A stretch of DNA of 38,555 nucleotides from a virus, in IMG/VR virus record IMGVR_UViG_3300020122_000242, positions 1-38,555 of that record. One strand, given 5' to 3'. The translations under genes were made by a program, and so were the position numbers. The stretch's first letter is position 1; every line of letters starts with the position of its first letter. Below the pieces are notes generated by a model. It ran no database searches. It had not been told where the DNA came from and saw only the letters and a program-made list of their open reading frames with translations. Of this stretch, positions 1 to 8,386 are shown piece by piece.

Positions 1-149
1 ATGGCTCTGGCTCTGGCTATGGCTATGGCTCTGGCGATGGCTATGGCTCTGGCTCTGGCGATGGCTATGGCTATGGCTATGGCGATGGCTATGGCTCTGG
101 CGATGGCTCTGGCTATGGCTATGGCTCTGGCTCTGGCTATGGCTCTGGC
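1..149. repeat. Hexanucleotide GGC-T[A/C]T / GGC-GAT array (junction-proximal part)
   Basis: Uninterrupted 6-nt periodicity ggctat/ggctct/ggcgat. It is the same array as 38104..38555. Confidence 0.95.
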
Positions 150-152
150 TAG
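1..152 (+). CDS. 3' end of the (Gly-Tyr/Ser/Asp)n alternating-repeat protein. It continues from 38080..38555 across the circular junction (nt 1-127 duplicate 38429-38555).
   Basis: The GGC-frame (codons at 3-5, 6-8 ...) is in phase with the GGC codons at 38107 onward once the 127-nt overlap is removed. It reads ...GSGYGSG and stops at TAG 150-152 right after the array. Confidence 0.5.
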   Translation, partial: GSGSGYGYGSGDGYGSGSGDGYGYGYGDGYGSGDGSGYGYGSGSGYGSG

Positions 153-229
153 CCGTCTTGCGGTTCCTCTTTCGCGGCGCTGCGGTCTCGGGCGTCGCCT
201 TCTTTCACAGCCATTCTCGGAGGATGGTC

Positions 230-631
230 ATGCACAAGCTCATTTGTACACTGGTTTTGGTGGGGATGGTGGGGGGATGTTCTCGGATTTCGGCCCCAGA
301 GGCTTTGGTCAAAGCGAAATTTGAATGGCGGATTCAAACCCTTTGCGCGCTGCCTATGCTTGATCAGCTTTCCCTCAAAGAGTCCGTTCTGGAAGATGGT
401 CGCGCCGTGCTCATATTGGATCGAAAAACCGGAACGGTCGAAATCGGTGGCCGCTTCTATATCCTCTCATCCAAGGATCGGATCCAGGCCATGGAACATG
501 AGATCGGGCATTGGCTGGGGCTTGCACATCATGAACGCCCCTCAATCATGTACCCCGAGATTGAATCGGGACTAATCTTTACTTCAGAGGATATAAGAAG
601 CGTTCAAGAAACGCAGGTTTGTTCCCGTTAA
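230..631 (+). CDS. Small secreted/lipoprotein zinc metalloprotease, metzincin (matrixin-like)
   Basis: ORF 158..631 trimmed to ATG 230 (GGAGG at 219-223, 6-nt spacer). MHKLICTLVLVGMVGGC is a signal peptide with a lipobox-like VGGC. HEIGHWLGLAHH...SIMYP is HExxHxxGxxH plus a Met-turn, the matrixin pattern HExGHxLGLxH....MYP. Confidence 0.85.
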   Translation: MHKLICTLVLVGMVGGCSRISAPEALVKAKFEWRIQTLCALPMLDQLSLKESVLEDGRAVLILDRKTGTVEIGGRFYILSSKDRIQAMEHEIGHWLGLAHHERPSIMYPEIESGLIFTSEDIRSVQETQVCSR

Positions 632-634
632 CAA

Positions 635-2590
635 TTACCACCATACGTCGATTTCGCCCGCAAATCCCGATCCTCCTGGCAATAGAAGGCCCGAATTGGT
701 ATTTGCTGCTGGGGTGCCCCCACCGCCCAATGCTGATGCAGAAATTCCTATAACTTGATTAGATGCACTTGTTTGTTGGACAAGTTGAGATCCATTCGCC
801 CCTTCGCCCATCATTGAACTTCCGCCTTTGCCTGCGATTGCTATACTACCGCCCGCAAATGCCCAACTTACTCCCCCTGGAGTTCCAGACACATTCCGAG
901 TGGCCCCATTGGCTGTACCTCCAGCCGCGCCCGGCACTATATTAATAGAATTGGCGCTGCCGCCGCTGCCGCCATTGGCGGTAAATCCGTTAAAGGTGGA
1001 TGCGCCTCCAGCGATGCCCGCATTACTGCCTTGTGCTCCACCCAAACCGCCATTACCTACGACAGCGGGGAGAAAAGTACCTGGTACGCAAATTTGCCAC
1101 CCTTCGCACCCTCCTCCTCCCCCGCCGCTTCCCGCTATAATAGCGGTCGGCGCTCCCGCCCCCGTTGGACATCCGCCGCCACCACCACCGCCGCCGACCA
1201 TTCGACAAAAGTTCCGGGTGACATTTGGTGGGACAACCCATCCCGGCGTAATCGTCTGCGTCCCCACACCTACATTTAAGAATGCGATTGGGTTGCCCCA
1301 TGTCAACCCTGCGGGATTAGCAGCAGGATCCAGCAAGGGAATAGCATAAATCCAGCCCGTGGGAACGGCATAGAGTCCGAAGTTGTTCGCGTCTACTCGG
1401 AAAACAATGAAGGTCGTAGCCGCAATAACATTCCCGGGCAATGTGGTTGATGTGGCAATGCGAACAGCCTCGCCTGTTCGTAGACCGTGTGCCGGTTGAT
1501 AAAACGTTAGCGAGCCCGCAATTCCATTTACAGTTCCTGTCGCCACTTGTGCCGGAGTTGCGGCTGTTTGGTTACCAACTCCGGCATTTACAAAAGCGAG
1601 TGGCGTCCCATCTAAGGTAAGCGAAATGCCGAAATTGTTGGCATCGAGCAAAATAACGAAATAGCCAGTTAATGCGACAACGCCGCCCGGTAACGTGCCG
1701 GATGTTGAAATTTGAATAAGCTGCCCATTTGCAAAACCATGGGCGGTTTTATTAAAAGTCAATGATCCGACTATGTTTTTAACCGTTCCCGTTACGATCT
1801 GATTCCCTGCCCCGCCCGCACTCGCCACGACCACGCCAGCGCCCGCGACGCTCGCCGCCACGACCGGTGGGGCGCTAAAGACCTGCAGGTTGCTCCCGAT
1901 CGGCCCAAACCAATCCGCACCTGTCCGCGCCGATCCATCGGTCGCATACTTGGGATTCCCCAGCGGAATCACCGCCCACGGAATGCTCGTGTTCAGCGAG
2001 TCCAGAAAGCCGTAGGAGACGTTTCCGATCGGATTGGTCGGGGCCGTCCCGTCGTTGACGATCGTCACGACCGTGGGGCTCACGCCGGGGAGGGTCGTGC
2101 GCTGCACTGTCGCATAAGTCGTTCCCGCGCCAGAAACGAGCTTTAGGCGCCGATTGGCATGGAAAATCGAGGTCTGGTCGCCCGTGAGGGAAAAGCTGGT
2201 CGCACTCAGCCATGTCGCCGCGGGGCCGAGGATCCATTCCGTCAGGGATCCCGCGAAGCTCGGGTCATTGTCTCCCTGAATGTTGAACAGGGTGGCGATG
2301 ACGTTCCCGATCGCATCGGTGATCTGCACGTCATAGGCGATGCCGCCCGAGAGCCAGACATCCACCGCCGAGGGGATTTTCCCGGTCGAATCCAGGACGA
2401 TCGGGTTCGCATTCGGGACGGTCCCGGCATTGGTCGTGAACGTCCCCTGAAGCGTCCCCAGTGCCGTCCCCGCCAGGTAGAACGTGACCTTTCCGCCGAC
2501 CAGGGGCAGTCCCGGGCCGCTCGGCGCCGGCGTGCCCGCCACGCCCAGCCACGCCAGCCCCAGTCCAATCGGTGCGCGAAAGACAGTCAT
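635..2590 (-). CDS. Tail fibre / receptor-binding protein with tandem modules and a Gly-rich C-terminal domain
   Basis: 651 aa, ATG 2590 with GGAAAGGA upstream. The N-terminus (GGKVTFYLAGT..NANPIVLDSTGKIP..VWL..YDVQITDAIGN) resembles the conserved anchor of podovirus fibres/spikes. Two tandem modules lie at aa 266-343 and 349-445. The last ~190 aa are Gly-rich with G8 and G6 runs. It is the last gene of the virion block. Confidence 0.75.
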   Translation of the reverse strand: MTVFRAPIGLGLAWLGVAGTPAPSGPGLPLVGGKVTFYLAGTALGTLQGTFTTNAGTVPNANPIVLDSTGKIPSAVDVWLSGGIAYDVQITDAIGNVIATLFNIQGDNDPSFAGSLTEWILGPAATWLSATSFSLTGDQTSIFHANRRLKLVSGAGTTYATVQRTTLPGVSPTVVTIVNDGTAPTNPIGNVSYGFLDSLNTSIPWAVIPLGNPKYATDGSARTGADWFGPIGSNLQVFSAPPVVAASVAGAGVVVASAGGAGNQIVTGTVKNIVGSLTFNKTAHGFANGQLIQISTSGTLPGGVVALTGYFVILLDANNFGISLTLDGTPLAFVNAGVGNQTAATPAQVATGTVNGIAGSLTFYQPAHGLRTGEAVRIATSTTLPGNVIAATTFIVFRVDANNFGLYAVPTGWIYAIPLLDPAANPAGLTWGNPIAFLNVGVGTQTITPGWVVPPNVTRNFCRMVGGGGGGGGCPTGAGAPTAIIAGSGGGGGGCEGWQICVPGTFLPAVVGNGGLGGAQGSNAGIAGGASTFNGFTANGGSGGSANSINIVPGAAGGTANGATRNVSGTPGGVSWAFAGGSIAIAGKGGSSMMGEGANGSQLVQQTSASNQVIGISASALGGGGTPAANTNSGLLLPGGSGFAGEIDVWW

Positions 2591-2608
2591 TTCCGTTCCT
2601 TTCCGTGA

Positions 2609-2629
2609 GCTTTCCCAATGACTTACCGC
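2609..2629 (-). promoter_or_regulatory. Conserved 21-nt intergenic motif, copy 1 (minus strand GCGGTAAGTCATTGGGAAAGC)
   Basis: It matches 11001..11021 at 20/21 positions. Both copies sit 20-40 nt upstream of a virion-gene ATG, in a gap that follows a long gene. Confidence 0.4.
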
Positions 2630-2673
2630 TTTTGCTGTTGCCGGTAATCTGCGTCAATGCCTTGCCGTTTGCC

Positions 2674-2700
2674 TTTCCGCATCTGCGAAATCTGCGGAAA
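2674..2700 (-). terminator. Hairpin just downstream of the 728-aa gene (8-bp stem TTTCCGCA/TGCGGAAA)
   Basis: Inverted repeat read directly. The loop is 11 nt and there is no U-tract, so terminator function is doubtful. Confidence 0.25.
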
Positions 2701-2703
2701 GTC

Positions 2704-4890
2704 CTAGCTGTTCTTCTTCCGCCCGAACCCGATCTTCTCCCCCAGCTCGTCCAGGCTCGCCCGAATCCCCGTCTTTTTCGGCGCTGCTTCCTGGGGTTGC
2801 TCATACTGCTGCTGTAGCTCCGCCTTCAGGTTTTGCGCGTACTTCAGGATCTGTTCGCGGATCAGCGGGCGGGTATACATCAGGGTCGAGAGTCCCGTGA
2901 CGTGCTTCGCGACCGCCTCGGTCTTGCCGGGATCGATCTTGCCCCCCTCGATCAGCCACTTCTGGAACGCGGGGTCGGTCAGCAGCTTGGCCGAATCGTC
3001 CGCTTTCCAAGCCGCGCGCAGGTCGCCGACGGCGGTCGCCACTTTTCCCATGCTCTTGAGGGGCGCCGCGACGCTTTCCAGCCCCTTGGCGATCGTTCCC
3101 ACGACCTTGCCCGGGCCGCCCTCGATCGCCCCAAAGAATGCGTTCTGGGAGGCCGCACCCTGATACGCCCGGGAGGCCGACGCATCGGCGTAGGCGTTCG
3201 AGATCCGGGCCAGGGCGTCCAAGTTCTTCCGCTGCTCGGTACCGGGGGCATAGAGCAGGTCGCGCGCCTCGGGATCGAGCCCCTTCCAGCGCTTGGCGAA
3301 GTCGATCATCGAGAACGCGCCGGATTCCGCCTCGCCGCCGGCGCGGGTGACCTCGCCGAGCTTCACGAGCGTCCCGCGGGCCGTATTGTCCCACAGCTCG
3401 TCGCTGGCGATGCTCCGGAGCGCCCGCAGGGTGGGCTTGTCCATCGTGCCGTTGGCGATGCTCGTCGCGATCGAGCGCCCGGGGTCTTTCCCCTGCATAA
3501 TCGGGCCGAGCAGCTTCTGCGTATCCTTGTGCTGCGCCCAATGGGACATCGCCTGATCCCAGCTTTCTCCTGCCTCGGCGCCCTCGGACTTCATCTTGTT
3601 CTTGAGGTCGACCCGGATCGCATCCGCCACGTCGCGATAGGCCTGCTCCATCCCCTCGGCATCGCCCCCGTGCCCCGCCTTCAGGTCATAGGTCTGCCGG
3701 AGCGTCCGCGCATCCTCGAAGGGCAGCGTATCGCCGTTGGCCTTCATGTCCTGGTCGAGGCGCTTCAGGAACGCCGGAACCGTATCCCGCGCTGTCGCTG
3801 CATCCTTTCCGCCGATCTGGCCTTTGGCGAGCGCCTTGTCGAGAGCATTCCGGGTCGCCGCCATCGCCGTGTCTTCGGACTTGCGGAGCTGCGCCGCGCC
3901 AGTCTCGAGTTGCTCCTGGGTCTGCGAGGCCGCCGTGCCGTACTCTTTGTACCGCGCCGCCAGGCCCTCGCTGACGTCGGAGGGCCGTTCGACCGTCCCG
4001 CGCATCCCGGTCGTGCGGTGCCAAGCGTTCTGGATATCGCCCCAGGTCTCGTTCCAGGCTTGCCGAATCCGATCCGCCGCGCGGGGGCTTTTGCTGGCCG
4101 CGTTCCAAGCGCCCTGAATCGTGGCGCTGTCGGTCAACATGGGCGTCGCGCCCTTCGCGGAGACATCCAGGGTCCCCAGGTCTTCGGCAATCTGCGGACG
4201 GCCTTTCCCTGCGACGTCGAACTTTTCGACTTTCTTCAGGTTGCTGAGGGATCGCAGGCCGAACATCCCCTCCTTTGCCGCCATGCCCGCAACCTCGCCG
4301 CCGGCGATTCCCAGCGTATCGGTCGCCAGGCCCTCCGCCGCGTCCAGCGCCCGCTCTTTGGTCGTGCTGGTATCCGCCCGGAGCCCCGCGCGCTTCATCG
4401 CCTCATTGCCGAGGACGTCGGCCGACATGGACATCTTGGTGAGGCTGTTGATCAGCTCGCCCGCGTCGTACCAATGCGGGTCATAGCGCATTTGCTTGCC
4501 CTTCAGGTCGGGACGGTCGCCGCTGCCCGGATGCGTGAACACGATCTCCTGCTGCGGCTCGCGATAGACGGGCTTGCCGTCCACCAGGCTCTCGCCGCCA
4601 GTGACATGCAACTTCGCGTTCCCCGCGCCTGTCCATTTTTGCAGGGTCGCGAGCTTGTCTTCCGGCCGCGCGCCCGCCACCGCGACCCGCACACTCAGGG
4701 GCACATCATCCATCGGCCCGATTTGCTTCGGGTCGACGGCCGTCGTCATCACCGCCGCCCGCCGCGCCTGCGCCGCCATGACCTCCCGCAGCATGGCGGC
4801 ATGTTGCGGATCGCCGCCTGCGCTGCCGGTCTCGGGATTGGGGGACGCTTGAGGTTGTCCGCCCGCGCCGCCGGTTATTTGCTCAGTCAT
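2704..4890 (-). CDS. Large internal virion / DNA-ejection protein candidate
   Basis: 728 aa, ATG 4890 directly after the upstream stop. I saw no catalytic motif. The call rests on position, the P22 gp16/gp20 slot between hub and fibre. Confidence 0.45.
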   Translation of the reverse strand: MTEQITGGAGGQPQASPNPETGSAGGDPQHAAMLREVMAAQARRAAVMTTAVDPKQIGPMDDVPLSVRVAVAGARPEDKLATLQKWTGAGNAKLHVTGGESLVDGKPVYREPQQEIVFTHPGSGDRPDLKGKQMRYDPHWYDAGELINSLTKMSMSADVLGNEAMKRAGLRADTSTTKERALDAAEGLATDTLGIAGGEVAGMAAKEGMFGLRSLSNLKKVEKFDVAGKGRPQIAEDLGTLDVSAKGATPMLTDSATIQGAWNAASKSPRAADRIRQAWNETWGDIQNAWHRTTGMRGTVERPSDVSEGLAARYKEYGTAASQTQEQLETGAAQLRKSEDTAMAATRNALDKALAKGQIGGKDAATARDTVPAFLKRLDQDMKANGDTLPFEDARTLRQTYDLKAGHGGDAEGMEQAYRDVADAIRVDLKNKMKSEGAEAGESWDQAMSHWAQHKDTQKLLGPIMQGKDPGRSIATSIANGTMDKPTLRALRSIASDELWDNTARGTLVKLGEVTRAGGEAESGAFSMIDFAKRWKGLDPEARDLLYAPGTEQRKNLDALARISNAYADASASRAYQGAASQNAFFGAIEGGPGKVVGTIAKGLESVAAPLKSMGKVATAVGDLRAAWKADDSAKLLTDPAFQKWLIEGGKIDPGKTEAVAKHVTGLSTLMYTRPLIREQILKYAQNLKAELQQQYEQPQEAAPKKTGIRASLDELGEKIGFGRKKNS

Positions 4891-6846
4891 CTACCACCCC
4901 CTGCGTTTCTGTTCGGCGAGCAGCAATTGCAGTTGCTGGGTCGTCATGCGCGTCACATCGATCTTCTGCAGCTCGGCATCGGGTACCGCCTTCAGCGCCG
5001 TCGCGACCGCCGCCGGAGGCTGGTTCGGGTCGAGGATCGTCGCAAGCCGCCCCTGCGCTTCCTGCCGGTTCTGCGCGCTCACGGCGGGCGGCGGGGCAGG
5101 GCGCGTGTCGGTCGGCGGTTTCAAGCGCAATTCGTCAAATTCCTTATCCGACATGAAGGGATGTCCATCGGTGATGACACCTGGTTTCCATCCCTTGTCT
5201 TCCTCAATGACCGTTTGGCTGGTTCGATAGGCGCCATGCGATTTGCGATATTGCGCCATGGTCTCGCCCAAGCTTTCGTCGATTTTCCGGAGCGTCGAAT
5301 CACTCAATTTCCCGTCTTTGCCTTGAAGGAATTCATTAAATCCAGTCTGGACTACCCCAGGGAGCAAGCCTTGCTGTCCGAGAGTTTCCACATTGCCTGG
5401 GCCAATTGTCAGCGTTGGATTCGCATTCTCTAGTTGCGACTGGAACATGAACAATTTCATATTGCTGACACGGTCGTTCTTGTATCCGCCTTTGCCATCA
5501 CGGAGAGAATCCAGAGCGTTGCGGAATGCGTTCTCCCGGATCGTATAGGCGTTCGCGCCATTACCCTGCGCGTCCTCAAATTCTTTCCGCTGGGCCCGCT
5601 GGGCGTCGCTGACCACGGTGGGCCCGGTGACGTTCTCGAACTTCCCGGACATGACGTCGATCTGGCCTGTGCCGCCCTCGGAGCCCTGCGCGCCCGCCGC
5701 TTCTTCCTTGGTGGCCGCGCGGTACTTGCCGGGGATGTCCGAGCCGCCCGTCTGCTCGCGGATGAAGCCGCCCGGGTTCTTCTGTGTCCAGTCGCTTGTC
5801 CCATAGCCCGGCAGCAGGGATTTGACCGCGACCTGCCCATCGGCGGTGCGCGTGTAGTACAGCTTTTCGTGCGCTGCGCTGACATTCTTGAGCGATTGCC
5901 CGATGCGCGCGCTGTCGTCAATGTTCCAGACCTGGGGCAGCGAATCCGCGAAGGTCTTGCCGTACTGCTGCCGCATCAATTGCAGGTGCTGCGACCACGC
6001 TTTTTGCCCGGCCTCCGCCCCCTTCTGATGGCTGCCATCGGGGCCGATGTTCTCCAGGTAGGCGCGCTGGGCCGCATTGTTGCCGTTCTGCCATCCGATA
6101 ATTTGATCGATGCCCCGCTGCTGGCGCATCTGCGTGATGGCCGGAATGCTCAGGCCCGCCTGCGCCGCCAGCTCGGGCGAGGCGAGCATGAGGTCGCGCT
6201 GCACCTGGGGGTCGTTGATATCCCCCGCGGCCATCAGATCCTTGAATTCCTGCCGCTCCCGCCGCTTCCGGATCCCCGGCGCAATGTAGTCGTACCAGTG
6301 CCCCTCTCCCGCGCGAGGCCGCGTCTTTGGAGGATTCGTGCCGGGAGGAACCGCCGAAACTCCGGGAGTTGGGGTCATCAGTTCCGCGCCGCCAGGGCGG
6401 CCGGCCGGAACCAGATCCGTGCTGCCAATCCCGGGCATCAGCGAGGGTCGCTCGATCAGCGCCGGAGGCAGTGCGCCCATTGCGGGTTGATAGATCGTAT
6501 GCAGGGCATACAGATCCAGCGGATCGGGCTGCGCGCCGCTGCGTTCGAGAAGATTCCGCGCGGGTTCCGCGATCGGGCCGACTTGCAGGTGGGGCGTATT
6601 CGACCAGATATGATAGCCTGCCGCCCGCGTCTCGGCCGAGACGGCATTCGGCTCGGGTTCGAAGATCTGCGCGGGGGCATTGTCGGGCGCGCCCTGGGGT
6701 TTCGGGATAGCGTCGCCCTCGGCCTTGGGCAGCGCCGTCGGCGAATCCGCAGCGGGTGCGGGCGCTTCGCCGCGCATACTCTCCGGCGTATCGGCCTTGG
6801 AGCCGCCCCCTTCGCCGCCTGTGGACATCAATTGGGCCAGATCCAT
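4891..6846 (-). CDS. Large internal virion / DNA-ejection protein candidate
   Basis: 651 aa with a Pro/Ala-rich N-terminal third. The call rests on synteny only. Confidence 0.45.
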   Translation of the reverse strand: MDLAQLMSTGGEGGGSKADTPESMRGEAPAPAADSPTALPKAEGDAIPKPQGAPDNAPAQIFEPEPNAVSAETRAAGYHIWSNTPHLQVGPIAEPARNLLERSGAQPDPLDLYALHTIYQPAMGALPPALIERPSLMPGIGSTDLVPAGRPGGAELMTPTPGVSAVPPGTNPPKTRPRAGEGHWYDYIAPGIRKRRERQEFKDLMAAGDINDPQVQRDLMLASPELAAQAGLSIPAITQMRQQRGIDQIIGWQNGNNAAQRAYLENIGPDGSHQKGAEAGQKAWSQHLQLMRQQYGKTFADSLPQVWNIDDSARIGQSLKNVSAAHEKLYYTRTADGQVAVKSLLPGYGTSDWTQKNPGGFIREQTGGSDIPGKYRAATKEEAAGAQGSEGGTGQIDVMSGKFENVTGPTVVSDAQRAQRKEFEDAQGNGANAYTIRENAFRNALDSLRDGKGGYKNDRVSNMKLFMFQSQLENANPTLTIGPGNVETLGQQGLLPGVVQTGFNEFLQGKDGKLSDSTLRKIDESLGETMAQYRKSHGAYRTSQTVIEEDKGWKPGVITDGHPFMSDKEFDELRLKPPTDTRPAPPPAVSAQNRQEAQGRLATILDPNQPPAAVATALKAVPDAELQKIDVTRMTTQQLQLLLAEQKRRGW

Positions 6847-6852
6847 GACGTG

Positions 6853-7410
6853 CTACCCATCCGCTAGGATTTTTGCGCCGCCGCCGATGATGCTCTCGTT
6901 GACTCCGGCATTCGCCCCTGTCTGTGCATTGGCCGCGCTTGTGTAAGCCCCGGTCGCCGCCGACATGACGCCCGTGAGATTGCTCCCGACGCCCGCGCCC
7001 GCGTTCGCACCCAAGCCCGCAATGTTCTGCAGGTTCCCGAGCTGGGTCTGCCAGCGGTTGAACGAGTTCTGATAGGTCTGGTTCGCGAGGCCCTGGGTAT
7101 ATTGATCGATCGCCGCCAGCGCTTGGCCGCCGAAGGGAGAACCCCGCACACCCGCCGCATTCTGGGTGGCTCGCTGTCCCTGTTCCAGTGCGAATTGGTA
7201 CCCCGGGTCGGCCTTGAAGTCGTCCGCGCTAAAGCCCTTGCTCGCCATGCCCGTCAATTGCGGCAGGACGCCCGCCCCCGCGCTCACGAAGGGCTTGAGC
7301 AGCTCCATGATCTGCCGGCGCGTCTCGTCCGCCTGCCCCGAGGTATAGTCCTGCGCACCCGAGGTTTGCCGGGAGCTTCCGCCCGTGACGGCGTCGACCA
7401 CGCTGCTCAT
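6853..7410 (-). CDS. Virion-module protein (Gly/Ala/Gln/Asn-rich), possible ejection protein
   Basis: Start moved to ATG 7410 (MSSVVDAV..). AGGAAAGG lies 7 nt upstream and there is an ATGA overlap with the stop of 7407..7847. Confidence 0.55.
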   Translation of the reverse strand: MSSVVDAVTGGSSRQTSGAQDYTSGQADETRRQIMELLKPFVSAGAGVLPQLTGMASKGFSADDFKADPGYQFALEQGQRATQNAAGVRGSPFGGQALAAIDQYTQGLANQTYQNSFNRWQTQLGNLQNIAGLGANAGAGVGSNLTGVMSAATGAYTSAANAQTGANAGVNESIIGGGAKILADG

Positions 7411-7847
7411 GTCAGCACCTTTCCTAGGATCCAATCCCGTCCGGAAACGCGCCAGCCGAGTCGCCGTCCCCGCGAGACGATGGCCGGATGTTTCGTCCAG
7501 GCCGCCAAGTGGTCAATGCCATCGAACCGCGCTTGCCGCTCCAGCTCGAGAATCAGCGCATCCAGCGCGGGACTCGTCAGCTTGCCGGGCGCTTCCGGGT
7601 TGCTCACAAACTCATGCAGCAGTGCGATCCGCGTCCCCGTGTAATACATGAACCCCGCCGCCACGTTCGGAATGACCAGTCCGATTCCCGGCCGGCCGTC
7701 TCCCGGGAGCGCCCATTCCGGTTCGGGTTCCTGGCCATGGCCGATCCACCATCCGCACAGAGATTCATAATGTCGCGAACGTCCATAGCGCTCGATCCCT
7801 TCCGGCGGAGCAGTCGAGGGCCAAGGGCCGGATTGGGTCGCTTCCAT
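7407..7847 (-). CDS. Hypothetical protein; weak GNAT acetyltransferase-like C-terminal pattern
   Basis: 146 aa. TAATG one-nt overlap with the upstream gene. The ...LHEFVSNPEAPGKLTSPALDALILELERQARFDGIDHL... layout loosely resembles GNAT motif A, but this is not decisive. Confidence 0.5.
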   Translation of the reverse strand: MEATQSGPWPSTAPPEGIERYGRSRHYESLCGWWIGHGQEPEPEWALPGDGRPGIGLVIPNVAAGFMYYTGTRIALLHEFVSNPEAPGKLTSPALDALILELERQARFDGIDHLAAWTKHPAIVSRGRRLGWRVSGRDWILGKVLT

Positions 7848-8386
7848 TAGGCCTCGGGATAGTATTCAATCCAACCTATAACTCCGTCCGCTTGTCCGGC
7901 AGTCGGGATTACCTGCCCGTTAGCTTTTACGACGACCGCAATATTGCCGTTGGTCGTGTTGTCTACAAGCATTGTCCATTGATCGAAAGCGGGCCTTCGT
8001 CCGATGGGCATCGTCCACGCCGCAAGCCCATTGGTTCCACCTATAAGTGAAAGCTCGATTCGTTCTTTACCTTCAGGCAACGTCCGATAACGCGGAGGGA
8101 CTTGGCCCCCAATAGCCCCCCAGCCATTAGTAAACCCGACGCCTCCAGAGACATTGATCCATCCCGCATCCCCCGCCCCGATCTGCCCATTCGCGGGCGT
8201 CGGCACGGCCGCGCCCATTGTGAACACACCGGTCACATTCAGCGCCCCCCGCACCACCCAACTCGCAACCGTCCCCAATCCCGTGAACCAGGCATTCCAG
8301 GCTTGCGAGAGCAGTCCGTTTTTGGGATCCAACACTTTCTGGTTCAGTGGTGGCTTCTGCAGATCGCTGGGATTCGCGGCAGCCAT
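7847..8386 (-). CDS. Tail needle / short fibre-like protein
   Basis: 179 aa immediately after the hub gene. It has N-terminal LSQAWNAWFTGL and C-terminal FTNGW....PPRYRTLPEGKERIELSLIGG...MPIGRRP, patterns typical of phage fibre tips. Confidence 0.5.
   Translation of the reverse strand: MAAANPSDLQKPPLNQKVLDPKNGLLSQAWNAWFTGLGTVASWVVRGALNVTGVFTMGAAVPTPANGQIGAGDAGWINVSGGVGFTNGWGAIGGQVPPRYRTLPEGKERIELSLIGGTNGLAAWTMPIGRRPAFDQWTMLVDNTTNGNIAVVVKANGQVIPTAGQADGVIGWIEYYPEA

Noticed and set aside
1-324. Listed ORF MALALAMAMA... (107 aa) reading the repeat in the GCT-ATG/CTG frame
   Set aside because: It has no SD before any of its ATGs. It would overlap the well-supported metzincin gene by ~95 nt, and its non-repeat tail is featureless. 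The GGC frame has a start with an SD, overlap-coupling to the upstream gene, and a stop right at the end of the array. It is not fully excluded, because all plus frames are open.
2833-5433. Very long plus-strand ORFs: 2833..5433 (866 aa), 5434..6867, 12335..13450, 16589..17752, 21058..22044, 26610..28001, 28967..29950, 35723..36844
   Set aside because: They are Arg/Pro/Gly/Leu-rich and motif-free. They lie antisense to minus-strand genes that carry clear motifs or synteny. These are typical shadow ORFs of GC-rich DNA.
7407-7847. A confident GNAT acetyltransferase call inside the virion module
   Set aside because: There is only a loose resemblance to motif A and no clear Q/R-x-x-G-x-G/A. I kept it as hypothetical with a note.
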